64,000 bases of DNA. Origin: Eledone cirrhosa. Taxonomy: Eukaryota. The notes beneath the pieces were generated by a model that was given only the letters and a program-made list of their open reading frames with translations, was not told where the DNA came from and did no database searches. The position numbers and the translations under genes are program-made. Below are positions 13,231 to 29,140 of the stretch, in pieces. Position 1 is the first letter of the stretch. Every line of letters starts with the position of its first letter. The DNA is taken from positions 5,704,001 to 5,768,000 of the forward strand of contig OZ024764.1 of NCBI GenBank assembly GCA_964016885.1. Reading direction: 5' to 3'.

Positions 13231-13291
13231 TTTCATTCTGATGAATGAAAGTAAATATCGTTTGCTTTCAAGAAACCACTGGTAAATGAAA
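13231..13291 (+). ncRNA. Minimal type I hammerhead ribozyme
   Basis: Stem I tttcatt/aatgaaa; CTGATGA 13238-13244; stem II tgaaagtaaa/tttgctttca; GAAA 13272-13275; cc-act-gg stem III; GTA cleavage triplet. Confidence 0.75.
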
Positions 13292-13527
13292 CAACTATCC
13301 TTGTTCATTACATAACTATATGTATATATATATACATATACACACACACATACATACATACACACACATATATACACAAACGTAAACTCACACATGTCCA
13401 CACACACATACGAACACATACGTACATAAACATTGCCTACACACGTACCTACACACACATATATATATATATATATATTTTTTATACAAGTATATATAGT
13501 TATGTAATAAACAACATAAGGCAATTA

Positions 13528-13589
13528 TTTCATTTACCAGTGGTTTCTTAAAAGCCAAAAAAATTTTGCTTTCAATCATCAGAATGAAA
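13528..13589 (-). ncRNA. Minimal type I hammerhead ribozyme (inverted, diverged paralogue of the 13231 copy)
   Basis: Reverse complement: tttcatt CTGATGA ttgaaagcaaaa..tttggcttttaa GAAA ccactgg TA aatgaaa. Confidence 0.75.
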
Positions 13590-14069
13590 AAATCCTGGTG
13601 TATTTATTGACGTTGGAATAGATATATACACACAAAAGAAAAAAAAAAAAAAGGATAACTTAACATGCATACACATATCCACAAATATACATGGAAATAC
13701 CCACGCATAGGCCGAACTACATACATCTACACATGCTGCCGCATGCATACACATGCACATCTGCCTACCCACACGGAAGTGCCACCACATATGCATGTAC
13801 ATATATAAACACACCTGTAAGTAAACAGTTGAAAATACATTATGCAATAAAAAACAGTATAATAACATAAAACTGTATAACAACATAACTGATTCTGGCT
13901 TGCTTTCTACAACTGGATGCCCTTCCTAACCTCATTTACAGTGATTGCTGGGAGCTTTTTTTCCGTGGCGCCTACACGTCCACTTTACAGTGTGGGCTGG
14001 GTGCTTTTTGCTGTGGCACCTCTGCGACCACTTTGCAGTGGAATGATAGGGACCCCAGTCCTATCATAT

Positions 14070-16625
14070 CATTTGTACAGCTGCCCATGTCTCACTACCA
14101 TGCAGCATCGCGCATCATATAACCATCCTTTCATACACAGGGAGAAACCCTTCTTTGTCAATAGAGAAAGCAGCTCCCTAAACTTCTTCCAACCCATCCT
14201 TGTTCTAGATACTATGGTCTCGGAACACCCCACTCCCATACTAAGCTGATCACCTAGGTACCGGAGGCTATCAACCACTTCTATAGAACCCACCTGCATT
14301 GGAAAAATGTGTCTATCACTGCGATTACTACTGTCAAATTTCCCAAGACATCTACTGCATACAGTTTTCCCTACCTCTTTGTTTGCCTGCTATCCTACTA
14401 CATCTTTTGTGTACCCAAGATCTACATTGTATACATTCTATAGGGTTTATGCCAACTCCTTTCCTACATATCGGACATGGCCATTTCCCTGGTGGAATCA
14501 GAGTTTCATCCTCTTTTCTACTTATCAACACTTTAGTCTTTACTAGGTTTAATCCCAGTCCTCTTGAAACCTTTGTTTCCATAGCCAGAATTTATTCTCT
14601 AGCTCCTCTACTGATTCTGCTATAAGAACCAGATCATCAGCATAGAGAAGTTCCCATGGGCATCCAGTTTTAAACTCCTCTGTTATAGCTTGGAGGACTA
14701 TAATGAACAAGAGCAGGCTGAGGACCGAACCCTGATGTACACCTACTTGTATCTGGAATTCCTCACTAAACTCCATTCCTACTCTCACTTTACTGACAGC
14801 ACCTCTGTACATAGCTTGCACTGTCTTCACAAGCCTCTACACCTAGTTTCCTTAGGGACCACCAGATGACAGATCAGGGTACCCTATCAAAGGCCTTCTC
14901 TAGGTCAACAAAAGCTGAGTATAGTGGCCTATTCTTCTCTAAGAACCTCTCTTGTAATTGTCTCACTAAGAAGAGGGCATCTGTTGTACTTTTTCGAGGC
15001 ACAAAACCAAACATCTCATCTAATTTGACCTTCTCTAATCAGTTGCGCTAATATTCTCTCTGCCACTTTCATAACCTGATCCATCAGTTTTATGCCCCTA
15101 TAATTGCTCCTCCAAAGCATCCCTTTACCTTTGTAACAATTTATGAGAATACTGCTACACCAGTCTTTGGGTATGACACCACCATATATACCTTGATTGA
15201 TGATGCGTGCAACCAGTTTAGTGCCTACTTCTCCTGATGCCTTCAGCATCTCAGCAACTATCCCTGAGAGTCCAGCAGCCTTACCATTCTTCATTTACTT
15301 AATTGCCTCTTGTATCCTATATTCATCTCAGCCTCCCTGCATGCTAAGTACACCTGATATCTAACTTCTTTCTTGGCAGCTGTGTATCCTTCTCTACTCC
15401 CATTTTTCCAAGCATTCCATGCTCGTCTTTTGTTTCTACCGTGCTGTTCCACTACCAGGTCATTCTCTGTCTAGTCAGAGCTCTGCTCCAGCCACAAGTT
15501 TCTTCAGTAGCCTGCAGTAAGTTGTCACGTAAGAAATTCCAGTTATCATCTATGTCATGCGACTCTAAATCATCTTTTTCGTCATACACATCTTGAAGGG
15601 CTTTCCTGAATTTATATTTTAGTGAAAGGTCTTTTAGATTCTAGACCTTTCTTTTCCACACCTTCCTGTATGTCTCATTCTGTCTCTTGCTTACTGAGAT
15701 ATCACTAACAACTAACCTATGTTGTGGGGGTACATTCTTCCCCAGGGTATGCCTTAGTATTTGACACCATCTGTCTGTCTCACTGTCTAACTAGCAGGGA
15801 GTCAATCTGGCTTATGTGCTCGCCTGATTTGTAGGTTATTAGGTGGTTGGCAGGTTTCTGGAAGTTAGTGTTGCAAATGGTTAGTGCACTTGCATCACAA
15901 AATTCAAGAAGCCTCATTCCTTCTTCATTTCTTGAGCTGTAACTGTGCCCACCATGTACCCCAGTGTATCCATTCTGGAGCTGTCCAACATGACCATTGA
16001 AGTCCCCTGCTAGCATAACGATGTCTCCGTCCTCTGTCATTGCAGCTGTCTGTAAAAGCCGTTTTTCTCTTCATTTCCTAGGCCTGCCTGGGGAGCATAG
16101 GCAGAGATGATTGTCAGTAGTCTCTTGCCTACAACTAACCTAAGCTTAACCCTTTAATGTTCAAACCAGCCAGAATTCTCTACTTCTTTCTGTTGAAACT
16201 AGTTGCTCAAACTGATGTTAAGGTATTGTTCTCAAAATAAATACTTTCAAAATCTCATAGATTCGATATTATGTGAGATAATTATGTGAGGTAAAGCCTT
16301 TACCATGAAAATATAATAGTATATATAGAGTAATGTGAATGCTAAAGGGTTAATTATTCTATTACTAACTCTAACTACCTCTGTCTTATCGATCTATCTC
16401 TCAGCCAATAATTTGCCTACCCCACCTAACCCATCATCATTACCCACCCAGAAAAGCTTATAACTACGATGTTTGCCTGCAATTGGTGTTGCAGAGGCAT
16501 CTCTCCTCCTCACCTCTTGCATGCATCACACATCCATATGCCTTCTCTCCAGCATCTCCACTATCTCACTAGATCTACCTGTTAGAGTGCCAACATTAAG
16601 TGTGGCAACTCTGAGATGCGACGTA
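14070..16625 (-). mobile_element. Degenerate RTE LINE spanning the APE endonuclease and RT domains
   Basis: AGDFNGHVG...SQIDSLL (APE), GKAAGLSGIVAEMLK, VHQGSVLS, LLYADDLVL (RT); many frameshifts and stops. Confidence 0.9.
16150..16349. mobile_element. piggyBac-type MITE (200 bp) nested in the RTE APE domain
   Basis: TTAA duplications at 16146-16149 and 16350-16353; 13-bp imperfect TIRs CCCTTTAATGTTC / GAATGCTAAAGGG. Excision restores the RTE reading SNRIIKLRLVVG. Confidence 0.8.
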
Positions 16626-16924
16626 TTCATATTCTTGTTCTTTTTCCTGTTTCCTATATAGAAGGCGAATTGGCAGAGTCTTTAAGACATCAGATAGAAT
16701 CATCACCATTTTACGTCCACTTTTCCCTGCTTGCAAGGGTGGGACGGGAACTGATTCTGGCTTGATTTCTACAGCTGGATGCCCTTCCTAACACCAACCT
16801 CATTTACAGTGAGTGCTGAGTGCTTTTTTGCCTACACGACCACTTTACAGTGGGAGGGGTGCTTTTTTGCCGTGGCACATCCACGACCACTTTACAGTGG
16901 AATGATAGGGACCCCAGTCCCTAT

Positions 16925-17200
16925 CATCTCATTTCTACAGCTAAGTAAACTGGAGCAATGTGAAATAAAGTGTCTTGCTCAAGGAAACAACACAACACGT
17001 CTGAGAATTGAACTCACAACCTTTCGATTGCAAGGCCAATGCTCTAACCACTAAGCCATGTGCCTCCAGAATGCTTTACGGTATTCGTCCCACCTCATTG
17101 CACATTCTGAGTTCAAATCCTGCCGGGGTCAACTTTGCCTTTCATCCTATCGAGGTCTATAAAGTACCAGTGCTGTACTGGGATCAATTCTTCCTCTATG
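16925..17200. mobile_element. Two SINE fragments (minus-strand tRNA-SINE head and plus-strand SINE body)
   Basis: gtaaactggagcaatgtgaaataaagtgtcttgctcaagg...aattgaactc; gagttcaaatcctgccggggtcaactttgcctttcatcc. Confidence 0.65.
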
Positions 17201-17712
17201 ACCTGGAGAGGGTTAGGCTTTGCCAGGTTTAAAAGTGCCCTAGACACGCCATGTGACGGTGCCTCTACAACTCTACAATGAGTTATGGGATCTTATCTTT
17301 TATATATATGTATGCGTGCATATATATATGTCATTGTTTTATAGTCATTTTTCCATACTTGCAGGAAACAGTTAAATAAAACAAAGATGCATTTTTCTTT
17401 ATTTTATTAATAAAAAAATAAAAAAGTAAAATTTGAAAAAAATTGTGCTTTTTTGGGGGGGTTTATTGACGGGGACAAAAAAAATGAAACACTGACATGA
17501 CAGACAGACAATCAACAGCTTTTAGCTGCCTATCCTATGGATTACAAGCACCGCCTCTCCAACACCTGCCTCCCGCTATCTGTATTATGCCTCAACACAA
17601 GAGAGACTACGATAAATTTCACCGGCAATGGGCTGACATCATAAAGCTGTGGATTCATTATGAATCTTCTAAAGTCTGTCCAAAGCACAGAGGCTAACCA
17701 GAAGTAACTAAG

Positions 17713-20700
17713 AGTACAAGACTTCCCACTGGACAGGACACCAGTCCATCACAGGAGCTTACCTCAGTGTCATGTTAAGTGACTGACAGTACAAGACTTC
17801 CCACTGGACAGGACACCAGTCCATCACAGGAGCTTACCTCAGTGTCATGTTAAGTGACTGACAGTACAAGACTTCCCACTGGACAGGACACCAGTCCATC
17901 ACAGGAGCTTACCTCAGTGTCATGTTAAGTGACTGAGAGTACAAGACTTCCCACTGGACAGGACACCAGTCCATCACAGGAGCTTACCTCAGTGTCATGT
18001 TAAGTGACTGAGAGTACAAGACTCCACTGGACAGGACACCAGTCCATCACAGGAGCTTACCTCTCAGTGTCATGTTAAGTGACTGAGAGTACAAGACTCC
18101 ACTGGACAGGACACCAGTCCATCACAGGAGCTTATCTCAGTGTCATGTTAAGTGACTGAGAGTACAAGACTTCCCACTGGACAGGACACCAGTCCATCAC
18201 AGGAGCTTACCTCAGTGTCATGTTAAGTGACTGAGAGTACAAGACTTCCCACTGGACAGGACACCAGTCCATCACAGGAGCTTACCTCAGTGTCATGTTA
18301 AGTGACTGAGAGTACAAGACTCCACTGGACAGGACACCAGTCCATCACAGGAGCTTACCTCAGTGTCATGTTAAGTGACTGAGAGTACAAGACTTCCCAC
18401 TGGACAGGACACCAGTCTACCACAGGAGCTTACCTCAGTGTCATGTTAAGTGACTGACAGTACAAGACTCCACTGGACAGGACACCAGTCCATCACAGGA
18501 GCTTACCTCAGTGTCATGTTAAGTGACTGACAGTACAAGACTCCACTGGACAGGACACCAGTCCATCACAGGAGCTTACCTCAGTGTCATGTTAAGTGAC
18601 TGAGAGTACAAGACTTCCCACTGGACAGGACACCAGTCCATCACAGGAGCTTACCTCAGTGTCATGTTAAGTGACTGAGAGTACAAGACTCCACTGGACA
18701 GGACACCAGTCCATCACAGGAGCTTACCTCTCAGTGTCATGTTAAGTGACTGACAGTACAAGACTCCACTGGACAGGACACCAGTCCATCACAGGAGCTT
18801 ACCTCAGTGTCATGTTAAGTGACTGAGAGTACAAGACTTCCCACTGGACAGGACACCAGTCCATCACAGGAGCTTACCTCAGTGTCATGTTAAGTGACTG
18901 AGAGTACAAGACTTCCCACTGGACAGGACACCAGTCCATCACAGGAGCTTACCTCAGTGTCATGTTAAGTGACTGACAGTACAAGACTTCCCACTGGACA
19001 GGACACCAGTCCATCACAGGAGCTTACCTCAGTGTCATGTTAAGTGACTGAGAGTACAAGACTTCCCACTGGACAGGACACCAGTCCATCACAGGAGCTT
19101 ACCTCAGTGTCATGTTAAGTGACTGAGAGTACAAGACTCCACTGGACAGGACACCAGTCCATCACAGGAGCTTACCTCAGTGTCATGTTAAGTGACTGAC
19201 AGTACAAGACTCCACTGGACAGGACACCAGTCCATCACAGGAGCTTACCTCAGTGTCATGTTAAGTGACTGAGAATACAAGACTTCCCACTGGACAGGAC
19301 ACCAGTCCATCACAGGAGCTTACCTCAGTGTCATGTTAAGTGACTGACAGTACAAGACTCCACTGGACAGGACACCAGTCCATCACAGGAGCTTACCTCA
19401 GTGTCATGTTAAGTGACTGACAGTACAAGACTTCCCACTGGACAGGACACCAGTCCATCACAGGAGCTTACCTCAGTGTCATGTTAAGTGACTGACAGTA
19501 CAAGACTCCACTGGACAGGACACCAGTCCATCACAGGAGCTTACCTCAGTGTCATGTTAAGTGACTGACAGTACAAGACTCCACTGGACAGGACACCAGT
19601 CCATCACAGGAGCTTACCTCAGTGTCATGTTAAGTGACTGAGAGTACAAGACTTCCCACTGGACAGGACACCAGTCTATCACAGGAGCTTACCTCAGTGT
19701 CATGTTAAGTGACTGAGAATACAAGACTTCCCACTGGACAGGACACCAGTCTATCACAGGAGCTTACCTCAGTGTCATGTTAAGTGACTGAGAGTACAAG
19801 ACTTCCCACTGGACAGGACACCAGTCTATCACAGGAGCTTACCTCAGTGTCATGTTAAGTGACTGAGAGTACAAGACTTCCCACTGGACAGGACACCAGT
19901 CCATCACAGGAGCTTACCTCAGTGTCATGTTAAGTGACTGAGAATACAAGACTTCCCACTGGACAGGACACCAGTCTATCACAGGAGCTTACCTCAGTGT
20001 CATGTTAAGTGACTGACAGTACAAGACTCCACTGGACAGGACACCAGTCCATCACAGGAGCTTACCTCAGTGTCATGTTAAGTGACTGACAGTACAAGAC
20101 TTCCCACTGGACAGGACACCAGTCCATCACAGGAGCTTACCTCAGTGTCATGTTAAGTGACTGAGAGAACAAGACTTCCCACTGGACAGGACACCAGTCC
20201 ATCACAGGAGCTTACCTCAGTGTCATGTTAAGTGACTGACAGTACAAGACTTCCCACTGGACAGGACACCAGTCCATCACAGGAGCTTACCTCAGTGTCA
20301 TGTTAAGTGACTGACAGTACAAGACTTCCCACTGGACAGGACACCAGTCCATCACAGGAGCTTACCTCAGTGTCATGTTAAGTGACTGACAGTACAAGAC
20401 TTCCCACTGGACAGGACACCAGTCCATCACAGGAGCTTACCTCAGTGTCATGTTAAGTGACTGAGAGTTCAAGACTCCACTGGACAGGACACCAGTCCAT
20501 CACAGGAGCTTACCTCAGTGTCATGTTAAGTGACTGACAGTACAAGACTTCCCACTGGACAGGACACCAGTCCATCACAGGAGCTTACCTCAGTGTCATG
20601 TTAAGTGACTGAGAGTTCAAGACTCCACTGGACAGGACACCAGTCCATCACAGGAGCTTACCTCAGTGTCATGTTAAGTGACTGACAGTACAAGACTCCA

Positions 20701-22375
20701 CTGGACAGGACACCAGTCCATCACAGGAGCTTACCTCAGTGTCATGTTAAGTGACTGAGAGTACAAGACTCCACTGGACAGGACACCAGTCCATCACAGG
20801 AGCTTACCTCAGTGTCATGTTAAGTGACTGACAGTACAAGACTTCCCACTGGACAGGACACCAGTCCATCACAGGAGCTTACCTCAGTGTCATGTTAAGT
20901 GACTGAGAGTTCAAGACTCCACTGGACAGGACACCAGTCCATCACAGGAGCTTACCTCAGTGTCATGTTAAGTGACTGACAGTACAAGACTCCACTGGAC
21001 AGGACACCAGTCCATCACAGGAGCTTACCTCAGTGTCATGTTAAGTGACTGAAAGTACAAGACTTCCCACTGGACAGGACACCAGTCCATCACAGGAGCT
21101 TACCTCAGTGTCATGTTAAGTGACTGACAGTACAAGACTCCACTGGACAGGACACCAGTCCATCACAGGAGCTTACCTCAGTGTCATGTTAAGTGACTGA
21201 CAGTACAAGACTCCACTGGACAGGACACCAGTCCATCACAGGAGCTTACCTCAGTGTCATGTTAAGTGACTGACAGTACAAGACTCCACTGGACAGGACA
21301 CCAGTCTACCACAGGAGCTTACCTCAGTGTCATGTTAAGTGACTGACAGTACAAGACTCCACTGGACAGGACACCAGTCCATCACAGGAGCTTACCTCAG
21401 TGTCATGTTAAGTGACTGAGAGTACAAGACTTCCCACTGGACAGGACACCAGTCCATCACAGGAGCTTACCTCAGTGTCATGTTAAGTGACTGACAGTAC
21501 AAGACTTCCCACTGGACAGGACACCAGTCCATCACAGGAGCTTACCTCAGTGTCATGTTAAGTGACTGACAGTACAAGACTTCCCACTGGACAGGACACC
21601 AGTCCATCACAGGAGCTTACCTCAGTGTCATGTTAAGTGACTGACAGTACAAGACTCCACTGGACAGGACACCAGTCCATCACAGGAGCTTACCTCAGTG
21701 TCATGTTAAGTGACTGAGAGTACAAGACTTCCCACTGGACAGGACACCAGTCCATCACAGGAGCTTACCTCAGTGTCATGTTAAGTGACTGAGAGTACAA
21801 GACTTCCCACTGGACAGGACACCAGTCCATCACAGGAGCTTACCTCAGTGTCATGTTAAGTGACTGACAGTACAAGACTCCACTGGACAGGACACCAGTC
21901 CATCACAGGAGCTTACCTCAGTGTCATGTTAAGTGACTGACAGTACAAGACTCCACTGGACAGGACACCAGTCCATTACAAGGGCTTATCCCAGTTTTGT
22001 TGGTTTTAAGTGACTGAGATTACAAATTTACCTCTGTACAAGACACCAGTCCATCACAGGAGCTTACCCCAAGTCTCATTGGTGTTTAGTAATTGAGAGT
22101 ACAAAACTTCCCCCTGGACAGGACACCAGTCCATCACAGGAGCTTACCCCAACTCTCATTGGTGTTAAGTGGCTGAGAGTACAAAACTTTCCCCTGGATA
22201 GGACACCAGTTCATCATAGGAGCTTACCTCAGTTTAATTGGTCTTAAGTGACTGAGAGTACAAAACTTCCCCCTGGATAGGACACCAGTCCATCGTAGGA
22301 GGCTACCTCAATTTAATTGGTGTTAAGTGACTGAGAGTACAAAACTTCCCCTTGGATAGGACACCAGTCCAGCGC
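17713..22375. repeat. 73/75-bp satellite (~57 homogeneous units, then diverged units) grading into a SINE at ~22375-22530
   Basis: Unit agtacaagacttcccactggacaggacaccagtccatcacaggagcttacctcagtgtcatgttaagtgactga(c/g). The 3' end continues into ggtactaattttcagcc...gattgaaccc SINE sequence. Confidence 0.95.
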
Positions 22376-22646
22376 AGAGTTAATTCCCCACTATTGCTGT
22401 TGGTACTAATTTTCAGCCAAGTGGACTGGGGCAACGTGAAATGAAATAAAGTGTTCTGTTTGAGAACACAACACATGAGCCAGTCCAGTGATTGAACCCA
22501 CTAATTGCAATCAAAAGCCTAACACTCTAAAAAACGTAGAAAAGACAAAAGCTGAAACATAAAAAAAAAAGACAGAAAGGAGATAAGTGAAAAAAAGATG
22601 TACTGACAGATAAGACAGGAAAAGTTATGTCCAGACAGAGGGACAA

Positions 22647-22842
22647 CGGTCAGCTGAGAGGTTCATAGGGTGACCAAGATACGCTCATGGAATGACAAAA
22701 TGAGGTTCATTTTTCAACATAGTCTCTGGAAAGAAACAATGCAGTTTTTGATGTGAAGAACTGACATTTCTGCATGCAAGATTTCACAGCCCTAGCATCA
22801 CTTTTTCATAGACTGCCTATGAACTTTTTAGTTGACCCTCAT
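22647..22842. mobile_element. Tc1/mariner-type MITE (diverged copy)
   Basis: Similar to the 30155-30342 copy; ends cctatgaacttttt...accctcata. Confidence 0.65.
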
Positions 22843-23054
22843 ATATCATCATCATCATCTTCGTTTAACGTCCATTTTCCACGCTAGCATATATATATAT
22901 ATATATATATACATATTTATAAATATATATATATATATAATAATAATGATACTATTTATAGTTATGTATAAACAACTATAAACAGGAAAGGTCAGTAATT
23001 TATTACTACCCTGTTACCAGTAAGAGAAATAGCTCAATGTAAGAACATCAGATG

Positions 23055-23122
<68 letters not shown>

Positions 23123-23765
23123 ACACGGTAAAAAGTTCCCAGTTTCACACTGTAAATGTGGTTGGGGTTAGGAAAGGCATCCAGCCATAGAAAACCTGCC
23201 AGATAGTCCTATATGAGCGAGACACGGTCACCCGACCAACCTTGCCTAAAGTGGCACAACTGCCGTCTAACCCATGCTAGCATGGAGGATGGACGTTAAC
23301 CGATGATGATGATGATGATGATGATATATATATATATATATATATATAAATATATAGTAAAACCTACTCCAGCCAGTAGGCATCTCTAACAAAATACACC
23401 CCGTCCCACCACCCCCACCCGATCCACACCACCCCGTTCTATGTAAAGTTATGTTGGTGCCGCGCCATCGAGGCCGAAACAAATGAGATCGTGTAGGTGT
23501 CACGACAAAAAAACACACAGTCCACGCTGTAATGTGGCCGTGTAGGCAACACGGTAAAAACCTCCCAGTCCCACACTGTAAATGTGGTTGGTGTTAGGAA
23601 GGGCATCCAACTGTAGAAAACCTGCCAGACAGTCCTATGCGAGCAAGACAATCACTCTTGCCTCAAGTGGGACTACCCCCGTCCAAACCCATGCAAGCGT
23701 GGAACACGGATGTTAAACGTTGATGATGATGATGATGATGATATATATATATATATATATATATA

Positions 23766-24128
23766 TAGTTGTGTATAGTGGTAGCTATGGTGCTTCCATA
23801 GGTGGTATGCCAAAATTAGCACTTGATATTCAGCAGAGTAGAGTGTAGATATTATCAAGAAAACGAAAAATCAGTGATGCATCTGGACTTTATTTATTGC
23901 ATGTTACAATTGTTTATGGGCTTTGTATGGATCTGGCTCATTTTACTTTTGAGGGTTCTTTCAGACACGGGTATTTCGTTTGGAGCAAATTTTATCACTA
24001 AAATTTGCTCCAAACGAAATACCCGTGTCTGAAAGAACCCTCAAAAGTAAAATGAGCCAGATCCATACAAAGCCCATAAACAATTGTAACATGCAATAAA
24101 TAAAGTCCAGATGCATCACTGATTTTTC
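23766..24128. mobile_element. Fold-back element with ~130-bp perfect inverted arms (23865-24128) in (TA)n
   Basis: Arms are reverse-complementary around ~23997. Confidence 0.85.
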
Positions 24129-24135
24129 CTTTTCT

Positions 24136-25030
<895 letters not shown>

Positions 25031-25412
25031 ATTGTTATACTTTGGGAGGGTCATGTTGCCAATAAGAACATGACCCTCCCAAAGTATAACAATATCGGTT
25101 TCAACACACGATTTCAGATAAAGAATCTTGCTAAACAAATTCAGAAACGAAATATATACATATATATATACATATGTTATTTTAATAAATATATATATAC
25201 ATATATATATACACATATATATATACACATATATATATATATATATATACACATATATATATATACACATATATATATACACATATGTAGGAGATGAGTT
25301 TTATTGTAGTACAATAAAGCAATGCAGATATCGGATAAGAAGCACTCTACAGTTTGTAGGACTGGAGTATAAATAATATATAAGAACAAAAGATGGTTAA
25401 AAGAGTTCCATG

Positions 25413-25483
25413 TATTTTATTATGCGCATTTCAAAAAAAAATATCATCATGCAATAACATTTGCGTTTTCGTCAGATAAAATA
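25413..25483 (-). ncRNA. Type I hammerhead ribozyme
   Basis: Reverse complement: tattttat CTGACGA [stem II] GAAA tgcgca TA ataaaata. Confidence 0.8.
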
Positions 25484-25594
25484 GGGAGACATGATATGAA
25501 GGTTAAAACACACTTGTGAATAGTGCAGTTTTGATATGTTGATTTAAAACTGCACTATTCACAAGTGTGTTTTAACCTTCATATCATGTCTCCC

Positions 25595-25665
25595 TATTTT
25601 ATCTGACGAAAACGCAAATGTTATTGCATGAGGATATTTGTTTTTGAAATGCGCATAATAAAATA
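25595..25665 (+). ncRNA. Type I hammerhead ribozyme
   Basis: Stem I tattttat/ataaaata; CTGACGA 25603-25609; long stem II; GAAA 25646-25649; palindromic tgcgca; TA. Confidence 0.82.
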
Positions 25666-25848
25666 CATGGAACTCTTTTAACCATCTTTTGATCTTGTAT
25701 ATTATATACACACATATATATATATACACATATATATATACATATATATATATACACACATAAATATATGTACATATATATATTAGAAAGTGAGGTTTTT
25801 TTTACAAAATGAAAAACAACCGAGGTGTCCTACACGAGTGAAAGTATA

Positions 25849-26134
25849 AAGAAAAAAAGATAAAATCGAAAATGCAACTGGAGTCTTTTTTTAAAATATA
25901 TATATTTATTTGGTTCCTTTACCGGTTTCGCAGTTCTTCTGCTTTTCAAATGTAGAGTTGAGATGGAGGGTCTGTGGTTTTTCCCACATCTGATGTGAGA
26001 AAAACCACAGACCCTCCATCTCAACTCTACTTTTGAAAAGCAGAAGAACTGCGAAACCGGTAAAGGAACTAAATAAATATATTTATTTAAAAAAAAGACT
26101 CCAGTTGCATTTTCGATTTTATCTTTTTTTCTTT
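25849..26134. mobile_element. Fold-back element with ~140-bp arms containing degenerate hammerhead-like motifs
   Basis: Centre acatc-t-gatgt at ~25990. The right arm reads ttgaaaa-gcagaagaactgc-GAAA-ccgg-TA, with the CUGANGA core mutated. Confidence 0.75.
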
Positions 26135-28782
<2,648 letters not shown>

Positions 28783-28847
28783 CCCAGGTTCAATCGGGGG
28801 TAACCACAGTAAGTAAGGTACTCAATATATTAATAAAGTATAAATAT

Positions 28848-28970
28848 TTAATATAGAAATGGCTTCTACAGGACTAGAACTGTTTCATTCAAAAGAAATC
28901 ACCAGGAAAGCCCAGATGATTTCTTTTGAATGAAACAGTTCTAGCCCTGTAGAAGCCATTTCTATATTAA
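28848..28970. repeat. Fold-back inverted repeat (~55-bp arms)
   Basis: ttaatatagaaatggcttctacagg... / ...cctgtagaagccatttctatattaa. Confidence 0.85.
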
Positions 28971-29140
28971 ACTTTATATATATATATGTATATATAAATC
29001 TATATATATATATAAATCTACCAAAAATTTACGGTAGTGTCCAATCCGTATGAAGAACTCAATGTAATCCGGATATCATGAAAAGAGAAGATGCATTCAA
29101 AAACTATTTTCGGTGAAAATTAACGGAAAACAGAGTCAAG

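Larger units (their letters stand above)
25285..25701. mobile_element. Fold-back element (arms 25379-25701) carrying two inverted hammerheads; Penelope-like/retrozyme-like
   Basis: Arms are centred near 25540; a near-identical copy lies inverted at 33160-33560. Confidence 0.8.

Noticed and set aside
17713-21970. CRISPR-like regular array (also other satellites)
   Set aside because: No unique spacers, no cas genes, eukaryotic context.
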